A DNA stretch of 64,000 nucleotides from Lingula anatina. Lineage: Eukaryota; Animalia; Brachiopoda. The stretch spans positions 2,108,001 through 2,172,000 of the forward strand of contig CM120640.1 of NCBI GenBank assembly GCA_051362555.1. Reading direction: 5' to 3'. Below the pieces are notes generated by a model. That model worked only from the letters and a program-made list of their open reading frames with translations. It did not search any database and had not been told where the DNA came from. The translations under genes were made by a program, and so were the position numbers. This document shows positions 24,501-55,159 of the stretch, in pieces. Numbering within the stretch: position 1 is the first letter of the stretch; each line of letters starts with the position of its first letter.

Positions 24501-26762
24501 GGTAAAAAGTTTATAGTAGTAATTATAATTGACCTGTCTATTAGCTACATAATCTTTCATGAGAAATACAGACCGGTAACTTGTCAGTTTTGATTTTGGT
24601 TATTTGACAGTTAAGGGGCAACATGCATTTTTCTATTATTTATCTTAAGTGGTTTTAAAATTACATGATATCTAGGTTCCCTATAGAGAGAATGAGCTGG
24701 GCATGAACATACATCTTACTGTTATAGATAGAACTTACTGTAGTTAACCTCTCAATGTAATAATAACATAACAGTGTCATATTCTTCACCCAGCATACCC
24801 CATCTAAAGCTGCTAGGAGAGCCTGTATCCCCCTCTCAATGTAATAATAACATAACAGTGTGATATTCCTCACCCAGCATACCCCATCTAAAGCTGCTAG
24901 GAGAACCTGTGTCCCTCTCTCAATGTAATGATCACATAACAGTGTGATATTCCTCACCCAGCATACCCCATCTAAAGCTGCTAGGAGAAACTGTGTTCCC
25001 CTCTCAATGTAATAATAACATAACGGTGTCATATTCCTCACCCCGCACACCCCATCTAAAGCTGCTAGGAGAACCTGTGTCCCCCTCTCAATGTAATAAT
25101 AACATAACAGTGTCATATTCCTCACCCAGCATACCCCATCTAAAGCTGCTAGGAGAACCTGTGTCCCCCTCTCAATGTAATAATAACATAACAGTGTCAT
25201 ATTCCTCACCCAGCATACCTCATCTAAAGCTGCTAGGAGAACCTGTGTCCCCCATACATCACCTTCAGCTGGCCAGACCCTCAGACAACAGGATGGAAGA
25301 CGCCAGGAAACTTCAACAGATTGTGGATGGGGTAAGACAAAGAAATGGTTGACTAGTAATGGGTTATTTTAATCTTAATATACCAATAGTTGAAAAAATT
25401 TGGAAAGTTCGTTGGCAACAGAAATATTTCCCATGTCAGATTATCATAATTGGTATAGGACTTATCCTCAATTTTTTAATGTTATTTATGTAGTCTAACT
25501 TACCCCTCTTGATAATAGATTCGAAAAATTTATAACTTGTTTTTCCAGGCCTATGCAAGTGGTGTAGCTCTTACTCTGGCCAGATATCTGGAGTCCGAAG
25601 AGTTAGCTCTGGTACCACCAAGGTAAGGGTGATATCTTTAACAGTTAGCTCTGGTACCACCAAGGTAAGGGTGATATCTTTAACAGTTAGCTTTGGTACC
25701 ACCAAGGTAAGAGTGATATCTTTAACAGTTAGCTCTGGTACCACAAAGGTAAGAGTGATATCTTTAACAGTTAGCTCTGGTACCACCAAGGTAAGAGTGA
25801 TATCTTTAACAGTTAGCACTGGTACCACCAAGGTAAGAGTGATATCTTTAACAGTTAGCTTTGGTACCACCAAGGTAAGAGTGACATCTTTAACAGTTAG
25901 CTCTGATACCACCAAGGTAAGAGTGATATCTTTAATTGTTAGCTCTGGCACCACCAAGGTAAGAGTGATATCTTTAATTGTTAGCTCTGGCACCACCAAG
26001 GTAAGAGTGTATCTTTAACAGTTAGCGCTGGTACCACCAAGGTAAGAGTGTATCTTTAACAGTTAGCGCTGGAACCACCAAGGTAAGAGTGTATCTTTAA
26101 CATTTAGCTCTGGTACCACCAAGGTAAGAGTGATATCTTTAACAGTTAGCACTGGTACCACCAAGGTAAGAGTGATATCTTTAACAGTTAGCTTTGGTAC
26201 CACCAAGGTAAGAGTGACATCTTTAACAGTTAGCTCTGGTACCACCAAGGTAAGAGTGATATCTTTAATTGTTAGCTCTGGCACCACCAAGGTAAGAGTG
26301 ATATCTTTAATTGTTAGCTCTGGTACCACCAAGGTAAGAGTGTATCTTTAACATTTAGCTCTGGTACCACCACTTAAGGTAAGAGTGATATCTTTAACTG
26401 TTAGCTCTGGTACCACCAAGGTAAGAGTGATATCTTTAACAGTTAGCTCTGGTACCACCAAGGTAAGAGTTATATCTTTAACAGTTAGCTCTGGTACCAC
26501 CAAGGTAAGGGTGATGTCTTTAGCTCTTGTACCACCAAGGTAAGAGTGATATCTTTAACAGTTAGCTCTGGTACCACCAACTTTGTTTTGAATTATATTT
26601 TGTATTTTACAAAGTCATGTCATTTGTTTGGATAAAGTTGGTAAAGTAACCTTCATTTTTCTTCTTTCCAGTATTCGTGTAGCTGTCAGTGTAGAACTGA
26701 CAGAAGAAGAAATACAAAATGTTGCCTGTGTCATCAAGCAAGTGTGTGAATCCACATTTTGA
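572..26762 (+). CDS. SPTLC1: Serine palmitoyltransferase long chain base subunit 1 (LCB1), 15 coding exons
   Basis: Exons read with GT-AG boundaries and continuous phase: 572-643, 1178-1288, 1541-1644, 2089-2185, 2540-2612, 3302-3434, 3756-3885, 4132-4221, 4480-4587, 23527-23622, 24173-24269, 24447-24501, 25214-25331, 25549-25622, 26672-26762 (TGA). Peptides match SPTLC1 as I know it: [17 protein letters not shown] (N-terminal TM), [92 protein letters not shown] (no PLP lysine, so LCB1 rather than LCB2). The ATG at 572 is inferred from an in-frame stop just upstream. Confidence 0.96.
2206..2274. mobile_element. 69-bp palindromic MITE, PIF/Harbinger (Tourist)-like
   Basis: Near-perfect hairpin GGCTTCATTCACATG...CATGTGAACGAAGCC flanked by a 3-bp TTA duplication, in SPTLC1 intron 4. 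Confidence 0.7.
5713..9636 (-). pseudogene. ROCO-like gene copy A (TM-interrupted Roc GTPase, COR, CARD-like), frameshifted; pseudogene, truncated form or assembly indel
   Basis: Exons 9636-6939 (1-nt insertion near 7707-7711 gives AAA TGA and splits ORFs 7705..9636 and 6930..7724), 6702-6583 and 6042-5713 (CARD-like: [18 protein letters not shown]...ELLKRV...HLADLL). Motifs [28 protein letters not shown]. Colinear and highly similar to copy B. Confidence 0.8.
11866..12136. mobile_element. Short non-autonomous Helentron/HINE-like element
   Basis: Subterminal CAGAGAGCGCAGACCTCC, internal (ACAA)n, terminal hairpin ACCTCC-TTGGC-GGAGGT followed by AA. It lies at the junction between the two ROCO duplicons. 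Confidence 0.6.
12798..14934. mobile_element. 2.1-kb non-autonomous DNA transposon, Kolobok-like (TTAA target duplication)
   Basis: TTAA on both sides (12794-12797 and 14935-14938), GG...CC termini, imperfect TIRs GGTGACTGATAG / GGCCGGTGATAG, CpG-richer interior. Absent from the equivalent position in ROCO copy A. No intact transposase ORF. Confidence 0.6.
14935..19091 (-). CDS. ROCO-like protein copy B: Roc GTPase interrupted by a multi-pass membrane segment, then COR, Ser-rich linker and CARD-like death-fold domain (~1110 aa)
   Basis: Exons 19091-16392, 16173-16054, 15841-15743, 15612-15484, 15231-14935, all phase 0 and GT-AG. Motifs: G1 [10 protein letters not shown]2 HVPTQ, ~270-aa hydrophobic insert, G3 HVIDFAG, IYIVVFD...YWLNLV, G4 IVGTHK, G5 FEVEN, COR start KVPIKWLKF...FFHRRGDII. 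The last exon has a CARD-like pattern ([21 protein letters not shown]...EAATELL...WLAEIL). Confidence 0.85.
20524..20738. mobile_element. 215-bp MITE with terminal inverted repeats and 3-bp TAG duplication (Harbinger-like)
   Basis: Left CACCCCATTTCCATAGATTAGATCGA versus reverse complement of the right end GGCTCTATTCCCATAGATTTTAGATCGA. The empty site is visible in the paralogous flank near 11368-11387 (TAGATCTTCTGGAATAACC). Confidence 0.7.
20831..23309. mobile_element. Non-autonomous Helentron/HINE-like element carrying an internal satellite array
   Basis: Terminal hairpin GTACCACCAGCG-TTAG-CGCTGGCGGTAC, short (CTCCG)-type repeats, subterminal inverted repeat GCTGGTGGTACAATA near 23260 and end CTAGTT. 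Inserted in a T-rich site whose empty form (TTATTATT^AGAATA) is present in the copy A flank near 11478. Confidence 0.65.
21833..23110. repeat. Tandem array of ~9 x 146-bp units
   Basis: Units starting TATCTCCAAAACTGGC at 21833, 21979, 22125, 22271, 22417, 22563, 22709, 22855 and a degenerate one near 23000. Confidence 0.95.
24749..25252 (+). repeat. 6 x 84-bp tandem repeat spanning the SPTLC1 intron 12/exon 13 acceptor
   Basis: The unit is 45 nt of intron end (..CACCCAG) plus 39 nt of exon start (CATACCCCATCTAAAGCTGCTAGGAGAACCTGTGTCCCC). The last copy runs into the real exon. Confidence 0.95.
25601..26580 (+). repeat. ~23 x 42-bp minisatellite spanning the SPTLC1 exon 14 donor
   Basis: Unit AGTTAGCTCTGGTACCACCAAG|GTAAGAGTGATATCTTTAAC; the first copy is the true exon end at 25622. 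Confidence 0.95.
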
Positions 26763-28487
26763 ACAGTCTAATCCAGCTGGACATTCATCCTAAAATTTTA
26801 GAATTAAATCTAAGATTTTTTTTCTACATTTATACAGTTTGATATGACTCTGCTTCTTTGTGATTACTTTGCATCATTTGGAAACATTTATAAGATAATT
26901 GATTGCCGCATTGAGAATAAACGGAATTTTTATAACATTTTGTGTGTTAGAGAATACATACTCATGTTAATAAAGTCTAAGAACTAAGTAATACATTTTG
27001 TATGTTTGGTGAAGAATGTTTATCAGTCTTGAGTTGTCCATGGCTCTTCACTTAACATAATTGGTTTTAAAAATTGCGTGTTAAAACAATTGTTGAGGAA
27101 ACAAAATTGCCCTTAGTGTACTTGAAGATGTGATACAAATTATCAATTAGTGTTTCATCAAAGTGAATAGATATGAAGACCTCCATCGTTAAAGCCGTCC
27201 ACATTCACAGAATGTGTTAGGTGTGCCACAATCACGATTGAGAACTGCTGGCACAATTTGTTCTCCGTACCATAAGTTCTGACTGCCAATCAGACCCCAG
27301 CTGAATGTTGACATCAATATATATACATAAAATCTCACAGTGCAAAAAAGTGTAAAGTGTAAAAAACATCTGTGAAAAGTCGCTATGTGGCCCTGGTAGA
27401 TAGTAATTAGTTACAAGGGCAGTATCTCATTTTTTTTTAGATCTCTCTCGTTCAGACCCCCTCCAACACTCCATCCGTGGTCTCGAATTACTATTTTATT
27501 TTTCTGTACAACAAATAAAATTGAAAATGGTTTTAAAAGTATGACAAAGTTACATATTACTTATAAGCAACAATCCTGCATTTTAAGACAAGAAATTTAC
27601 CTGCTTTGTTTTTTATTTGTAAAAATGAAATAAAAAACAAAAATTACTCCAATATGTAATAACTTGATATGACGGAAATAAGTTTGCAGCTATTGTCTGA
27701 AAACAAGAAAATCCATTTACGACCCATTTCATTGGCTATTCATTTTTTGGAAGAGAAAAAAAACTTGGTTTCACTTTCCCATTCCGTTTCATCATATTCG
27801 GGTCACAAGGAGAAGATAATCGTGCACCAATCTATCAAGAGATACTTATAAGAATGTATTTGAGATAAAAATCACCGTGTCGCTTAGTTTGGGTTAAAGA
27901 AAAAAATTACAATCCCTCGAAACTGAAAATAAGTTTATTTTAAGCGGACGAAAACCAACTTCGCAATGATACAGGTTTACTCATCGGTCATGAGACGTTA
28001 TTTCCTCAAGATATTTCCGCTGAGAATCTGGCGATTTCATGACTGAAAAAAACTGTTAAATTAACAAGCAAATACATCAACCAACATATGTAAATAAATT
28101 ACATGGAAAGTGACGAAATATCTGTTACAGAACTATCTTTGAGTACATGAGATGTGGGAAAATGAATGGCTAAATTAATGGGGTCTGTATTTTTCCTATC
28201 TTGGGTTGTTTCATTTTTGCCAATTGGAAGACTAGAATGGCTAGGCGTTATTTTCTTTTATATCTTAAAAGATAATTTTCAGTGAACAAATAAATATTTT
28301 ATCTAAATTTTTCTAATGTAAGTGAAGGTCTGGAGAAAATGAATATTAGTTAATTAAGTTATTTCTTCCGATGCGATTTAGAAATGAGTTCATATTTTGT
28401 GTACTGCGAGAGCATTTTTGATCGAAAAATATTGGTATATTAGCCCAATCATACCCTATGTATAAAGACAGAACATGGTAAATTGTT

Positions 28488-28490
<3 letters not shown>

Positions 28491-28529
<39 letters not shown>
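28491..28529. repeat. (GT)n microsatellite
   Basis: Direct reading. Confidence 0.95.
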
Positions 28530-28531
<2 letters not shown>

Positions 28532-28977
28532 ATTGCTAAAGCCCATAACACAAAACGGCGAGTCTTCAAAAGTAAGGAATCTCGTGTGAAGGCATATGAA
28601 AACAGCGAAACAAAAAGGCTAAGCGTGCGTAGCAACATTGGTATATTATCAAGGAAGTAAAATTAGTCTTTTGGGTTTATTTCTTGCTATGTTTTCAGTA
28701 ATCTACTGTGTTCTTCAACCGCATTACAATGTTTCTTCCTCTATTAATTACTTTTAGTTTGTCTTTAGACAAAGATGTTTTGTTTTTATTAATCTTAACT
28801 TTGTTATAGGTTTTTAACAGTCACGAGAAAAAACTATGACACAACAAAATATTAGTTTCCCTTTGGATCCGTACACACACACAAAAAAATCCCAGTGAAT
28901 AATCTCAAAAGAAAAATAACTTTAAGAAACCACCATATGCATATTTATAAGGTAAACGCCCACAAGGTTGAACAAAA

Positions 28978-28987
28978 CCTTATATGG
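28978..28987. promoter_or_regulatory. Consensus CArG box (SRF site) ~3 kb upstream of the PLK2/3 start
   Basis: CCTTATATGG matches CC(A/T)6GG. Function untested and a chance match is possible. Confidence 0.25.
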
Positions 28988-31900
28988 AATCGACCGGAAT
29001 TGGATTGGTAAACACTTCGGGTCATAGGATCAATACGGCCGTTCAAGTGCAGCAATTTCATTTTGCAAACAAAGTCGTATATTTAAAAGATTAAACTAGT
29101 AATGACAAGGCTTTGACGGGTGCTCTAAGAACACGCGTTTTTCTATGCCTTTGTTTTCTCTGAAAACTCTGTTCATTGCGGAAAGCCTTTATTGCATTCT
29201 CCACTTTGAATAGTAGATGAATAGTACTCCCTCACAAAAGACAGAATCGACCCATTTACCTGTATGAGTAGCCGAGCCGAACACGTGACCCAAAGGTAAA
29301 TAGTAAACGTCATCATTTACATACATATCAGCTGAGAGTATACGGAAATATAACCCAGTCACGTTGTAAGGGAACTAGAGCGCAGTCCATAACTGAATGA
29401 GCGACGGTAACAGGAGAAACGGTGGTAAGCCTTTGACATTTTTTGTGAAAATACTGATTTATAGTTTGTGAAAGTTGATAAGTGGATTGATCATTGAAAG
29501 AGGGCCTTAGAAAAGTGGCCTGTGACTGTCATTTCTGTCCCTTGTCACCGTAACGGACGAGGTGGACAAGGTACACTGTTGGCGCTATACGAGGTTGACG
29601 ACACACTTTATAGAGATAATGGGCACGGCGGTTGACTTGCACAGTACTGTGGTAAAACATTAAGCCAAGACGTGGATGGCTGAATATTAAGCCGTTTTGA
29701 ATGATATGTGATAAGCCAGAAGCCCATTATAGCCATAAAGCACCTGTAGTTATAATATCTTTTCTCTTTGTAATTACACAGTCAAATCTCGTGTAACTTT
29801 GATTAACAAAACATTACAATTATTGATAATTAGATAGAAATCGGGCCTATTAAGTATAATATAAAAGGCCAGAACTTCATATAAATTAACAACCTCATTA
29901 ACTACAATGACAGACAATTGCGGGATTCAGGTGTGGATGGTCAGTATGGTGAGAGTGAATGAGTAAGAGAATATGGTAATATTAGAGCTGATAACAAGTG
30001 AAATCCCAGTGAGTGTAGTACAGATGGGCCCTGATAGTAACCCTGCCTTGCGCCATCACCACATCCTTTAGCTCATCCTCAGGGGAGGGGAAAGGGGGGC
30101 TAAACACTAAATCACCTGTTTGTAAGGTGTAATTGGCCAAACTAGAACATGTCTGTATTCATAGGCAGTGTATTACACGTAATATAATTGCTGTGCAGCC
30201 TATGCTCCGGTGGTTAATTAAGCCGAGTCATCTGTATTACATTAGCACTGGGTTGGCTGACAGCGCGTCGAGGGTTTGAAATCTCAGTTACGACTGGCTG
30301 CGCAAGGGTGCACCTTAGTTTCTCGTGACAAGGCGCACTGTAGATCACCGTGAAAAGTCACCCCAGCCTTGACAGCGTAACACCTCTCACCCTCTCTCTG
30401 TCATTGTGACTCCCCTCGCTTTGTTAAAGAAAACGCCATGGGCATTGATATCCATAATGTTGGAGGGACATTTATTATCCGAGACTTGACATCTGAGGGA
30501 TGATGTCAGACACTGTGGTTATAGTTTAGAATAAAACCAGCTCCAGCGTTTTAATGTCCAGTAGATACGAGAGCTGCACCCAGTCCACCTCTACCAGTCT
30601 CTGTTGCTGTCCGCGTCGTGCCTGGACGGCTTGGAATATCGATCCTAATCCTAACACGGCGGCAAGTTTTCATAGCTTTTCTTATGCCCTCATTGAGCTA
30701 GACACCTTACCTGCGGTCATTATTGTTTTATTTTCCATGCTCGCGCTGAGCCGCGTACAGGTGGGTACAGGTAACGTTCTCACTCCTTAAATCATGATTT
30801 TTGCAGGCCGTCTCTTTGTATTAATGTGAATTTGTTAAAATTTGTTAGACGCTAACCATAAATTTGCGACGGGATTTCGTTCAAGCAGACGACAAAACTT
30901 GCGTACCATGGGTTAGAAAGGTCGTCTGACTATCCTAAGATAATAAACACGTATTCAAGTTAGAAAAATCAAAGGTCTTGGCTCACTGCTGCATTAAAAA
31001 TAATTTTGTGAGGTACAAATCTTGAATGATTTTACAGAAAAAAAGAAAAGGGATCGGGATAAACTGATAAAACGCCCAAGGCAAAATGCGAAGACTTCAG
31101 TGAGCAAATGAAACGGAAAATCTCTATGTTAGAAATTCTTTCCACCGAGTCCTGTCAGATATCAGAGATAGGTTTCTACTGAGATCATCTTTCAAATGCA
31201 CCTAAAGTAATCACAACGCAGTTCCTTTCTCTTTTATTTTCTAACCACAATTTTGATGAACTGCACTCGCATGTATCGTATCTGAAAAGAAAAGCATAAG
31301 ATGCTTATACTGGTGGTGTATCATCCCACGCGCCAGCATCCATAGCCTTAGCAGCGTCCAATTATTTCCTGTAACTTATGAACAAATTCCTGATAATCTT
31401 GGTAAGCTGTTGAACTTAGCAGTCAAAATAATAAACGGTCTCCGCGGGCGCTGTGGCTGTGTTATGACCGGAAGGAGAGGGAATCGAGTGCGAGAAGAAG
31501 AAACGAGGCTCTGTGGATTACGGAGAGTAATACAGGTTTATTACACAGCGATTACACAAGATTGTGTGTGTCAAATCCCATTTCTGAACACACCACCTTC
31601 GTCGTCCTCACTGGATTACGGCATATTAGGCCGAGGCTCTGTCTGAGCGCCGTCCACGGCCTGAATGGGCTTTTGTTCGTGGTCGTAGTCCATCTTGATT
31701 ACTACTCGCTGATACACGCACCTGTTAGATACTCGGCTTTGCAGATACGTGCACAGAGCGTTATCCTGGTAGGCTTAGTTTGTCATCAGAGTCTAGGCTA
31801 GCAGTGACAGTGAGTACGTGGTCTGATTCTGGTGTATATTTATGCAGTTAGGTAGTCCTACTAAGCAGGGGCCAAGTATACGGATGTCTATGCTGAGTTC

Positions 31901-32057
31901 TTATACAAAAGAAGCATTGCGGTTATCGCCCTCATAGATAGTTGCTATCTCGCGTTGCATGTGGTATAGGAACTTGACACTCTAGTTTTTCTACATTTCA
32001 GGCGATAACAGAACGAAGCAGCACACATTAGAGGCATGTAACACTGGAGCAAAATAC

Positions 32058-51417
<19,360 letters not shown>

Positions 51418-54400
51418 TCGTGGTGAAAAATACTGTTCTTGTGTGGGAACCATTCCCCGTTTTTTTTTTTTTTTCCACAACTGATCTCAATGCAGTATAA
51501 TTGAATCGCGATGATATATAACTGATGAAAGCTGTAGTTTGAGATGTCATGATGTTATTTTGGAGAACTGGTGATTCGATTTTTTCTTTTTGTCAATGCA
51601 ATGTCCTGGGTTTGACCAATCAGGAAGAAAACATTCTGGTGCTTTGGAGATATACAAGTAGATGCCTTACATCTTCAATGCAATGTTTATAATCATTGCC
51701 CTATACCTGGATTTGAAGACGTCGTTCTTTGTGTTTCTTTCATATATTAGACAAGTGACTCCAGAACACTTTACAATTGAGTAAAGGAGGATTTATACTT
51801 AAGACATGGATCGCATCAAAGAATAATATGACTTTTTCATCTTAACTGTTTTCATGTGAAAACACCTCAGAAGAAAAAACGACTTCCCTGATACTTCTGC
51901 CTTCACTTTATAAGAAGAATTATGAATGTGTTCTTCACATGCTTATACAAGAGAAAAGTTCTACCATTTTTTACCAAATAGAAAAGCATGATTTTTACAC
52001 TTACAGCTCTTGAGTGCAAAACAGTAACAGGTACAATGTTCAACTGTCAGTTACTGCAAGGCAATACAATGGCAGCAATTGAGGCTTCCTACTTTGTCTA
52101 TTCACTGTGGTATCAAAACCAAAAGGGTGGAACCAATATCCAAAATGTCTTCCATGTACTTATATCAGGGATTGTGAGCAATATGTTTGTAAGGCAAACT
52201 TTAGACAGATCTCTTGTGATTTAAGATTCAGTTTATAGGAAAGTGCCATTGGAATTCCAAAATAATGGTTTGTATATAATTATCTATATATAAGGGTACT
52301 CTTCCAACTGTTTAAAAATTTTTTTCAGTGATCTCATTATGTATCTCATTAACATTGTTATAGATGTTAAGCCAATTCTTAATCAGCTAAGGGTAACTTG
52401 AACTTATGAAAAATTTTCCTTGTAAAACCCAAGTTTGTTTCATTTTGTGGGTAATTTTGAAAATTCCGTTTTTGTAAGGTTTGTGATTTTGGTGCTGTTT
52501 CCCATTTGGAGGTAAAAATTATATTATCAAGCAATGCATACATGGAAGAGAATGTACATTCCACAGTATGCTCAGAATCAAAATGAGTATTGTAAATACA
52601 TACCAGTTTAAGTGTTATAGGTTGATTTTGTTTCAAGTGCAATGCTTTTTTTTCTCTGTACATAAGTTTTCAGTTGTCATATCTTATGTTAAGGCAATTT
52701 TGTTTGTGAACAGCCTAATGGTGTTGAAGACAAGGTGAAAATTGAGTGTTGTGGACTGCAATGTTTTCATTGAATGAGGTTGCACATCCCATCTTGATGG
52801 TGAGAACTTGGTTTTCTTTCAGAAGCTGTGAAAGACCAATTTAATGCATTTCAGTTCGTTTATTTTTCATTTTCATTGTAAGTGTTTAAGTTCATTCAAT
52901 AAATTATCATCAGAGATCAAATTTGGGTTGATCATTTAAAGATGTGCACACACAAAAGAGAGATAACAAATATTAATATGAAATCCAGTGTTCCTCAATA
53001 AATACATTGAAAAAGACTGATAATAATTTAGGTTCCATTTAACCACCAAAATGCAGTAATCGCATTTATTCTAAAATCTGTGCTTGGCATTGGACCACAT
53101 GGACCTTTATATAGATGGCTATCCTCCGTATTGAATTTTTTCATACAAGTAATATTTTGTGCTGTAGCAGTTATAAGGATTCCAGCACTCAACCATAAGG
53201 TACCAGATTCTGATAGCTTCCTCTTTATCACAATATTGGCAATTTTAGTGGAAATTTCTGAAATGTGTATCATTCTCATAAAATATACACCAATGAGACC
53301 GAGATAAGCATAACAAACACAAACATTTCCTCATTAAGCTTAATTTATTTGCTTAATCTTTAGGTCCATCTTACATTTTACACCCAATTCGATGTCTGGT
53401 AATAATTAAATCATGTAATTTATCTGTCACTCAACCTGAATCAATGGGACAAATTATTTACAGAGGTTAACACTTATGTACAATTGAAGTTAATATATTT
53501 AAGGAACAAGTCCACTTTCCTTTGCTCTACCAACTTTTTTACAATTAAATGAGTGGATCAAATTTTCCTTTTTTATCTATTCTAAACTAAAACCTACACA
53601 ACAGTAACAAGCAGACGGCTTGATCATTTCATTTCATATGTAAATACACATCAATATCAACTATCAAACAAGCATATATCATATAATTCAGAAAGACTCA
53701 GTTCAACTTATTATGGCAATGATTCAACAACCATTTCATTTCATACAGCCAGTGCTGTGAGAAGAAGTTAAATCTAGTTTCTCCACTGAATATAGTTCTA
53801 CACTACAATGTTGTGCTATTAATACAGATTCACTGGGAATGACAGTACGTATCACAGATTAGAAAATTGCTTGCAACTTCTTCAAATAGCATTCAGCACA
53901 ACTGCACAATCCGTCTACAGCTAGTCCTAGAAAAAAACTACAAAATAGTGGAGCAGCTGTAATACAGTATTTCCAAGAATAAACAAGTTGGCGATTTTAA
54001 AAATCTAAACCAATTTTAATACATATGCCGAGTTGCAACTTAAAGAATAAAGCTATCTGTAGTACAGGTATACAAATAATGTCTGAGTGACATTTTTTTA
54101 AAGAGTGATTACCACTTAGAAATAATATGACAAGAGGGGCCCACGTCAACTTTTTTTTTATACCTGGCCCACAAATTTAAAGAAATGACACTTCTATTCA
54201 TTTCATATACTGATTCATCCTTTAGCAATTTTCAATAAAACCACAATATTTCTTGACTTAACAATATAAACCGATGGAAACGTATGATAATAATGAGTGA
54301 AATTTATAATCACAAGACTAATTTGGTGAAATTTAAAGACATGCAATATATAAATCAATAGCTAAGTGTTTCAAAATAAATTCATCAACACTGAACCAAA

Positions 54401-55159
54401 GTCCAACACAAAATCTAACTCTCACCAAACAGAAAATGTCCCAACAAAAATGTAATTTACAAATAACATTTACTGAAATCATCGTCTTGAATGTTCGGGT
54501 CAAAAATTGAAATTGCTCACGTGTGACCCTTCACTGTCCTGCAGCAGGCAAAACACACCATCTCAGCATATTTCAAGACAAACTTTGTAAACATTTATTT
54601 ATCTTAAAACCATTTTACAGCACCATATTCTGTGACAATTATTAGAGGACGGACCCTCTCCTCTCAGAATATGATGAACATTTACAGTCAGACTGTTCCT
54701 GACTGGTGGTAGAAAAGAGATCAGTGGGCGTTTCAACTAAGTTGAAAAGTTTTTCATTGCCCCACAAACCCAATGTGTGCCAGTGAAGACTTTCAAATGG
54801 CCACGGGGCATTTCATCATGAAAAACAGAATAGTTACAACTTCACTTTGAGTTTACAATGAATCACAATATTTTAAACAGCTTCTTATTGGCTGTTTTCT
54901 GTAGTAATGCACCACCTAATTGGCTGTGAAACTGTCCCAGCATGCATTAGTCAAGTAACCAAGGTTCCCATTGCCAGAGACCTCATGTCACATGTTCCCT
55001 CTTTGGATTTATAACTTACACAGCATGTATCAATCACTAAAACAAGCCATCCATTGGCTGCGATCTCAAGTCATGCCTCTTCATTGGCTGTGAAACATTC
55101 ACAGGAAGTAACCAGTTGAGTTATGGATCTTTCTATTGGCTGAAGGCCAAGTCATGTGA

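Noticed and set aside
24661-25209. 182-aa minus-strand repetitive ORF
   Set aside because: Antisense reading of the 84-bp acceptor repeat, with no independent coding evidence.
25571-26351. Repetitive ORFs on both strands ([14 protein letters not shown] / [14 protein letters not shown]) and a CRISPR-like appearance
   Set aside because: These are translations of the 42-bp minisatellite. Units are contiguous with no unique spacers, there are no cas genes, and the context is a eukaryotic intron.
30145-30154. p53 half-site GAACATGTCT upstream of PLK2/3
   Set aside because: Only one good decamer is present, which is expected by chance in a region this long.
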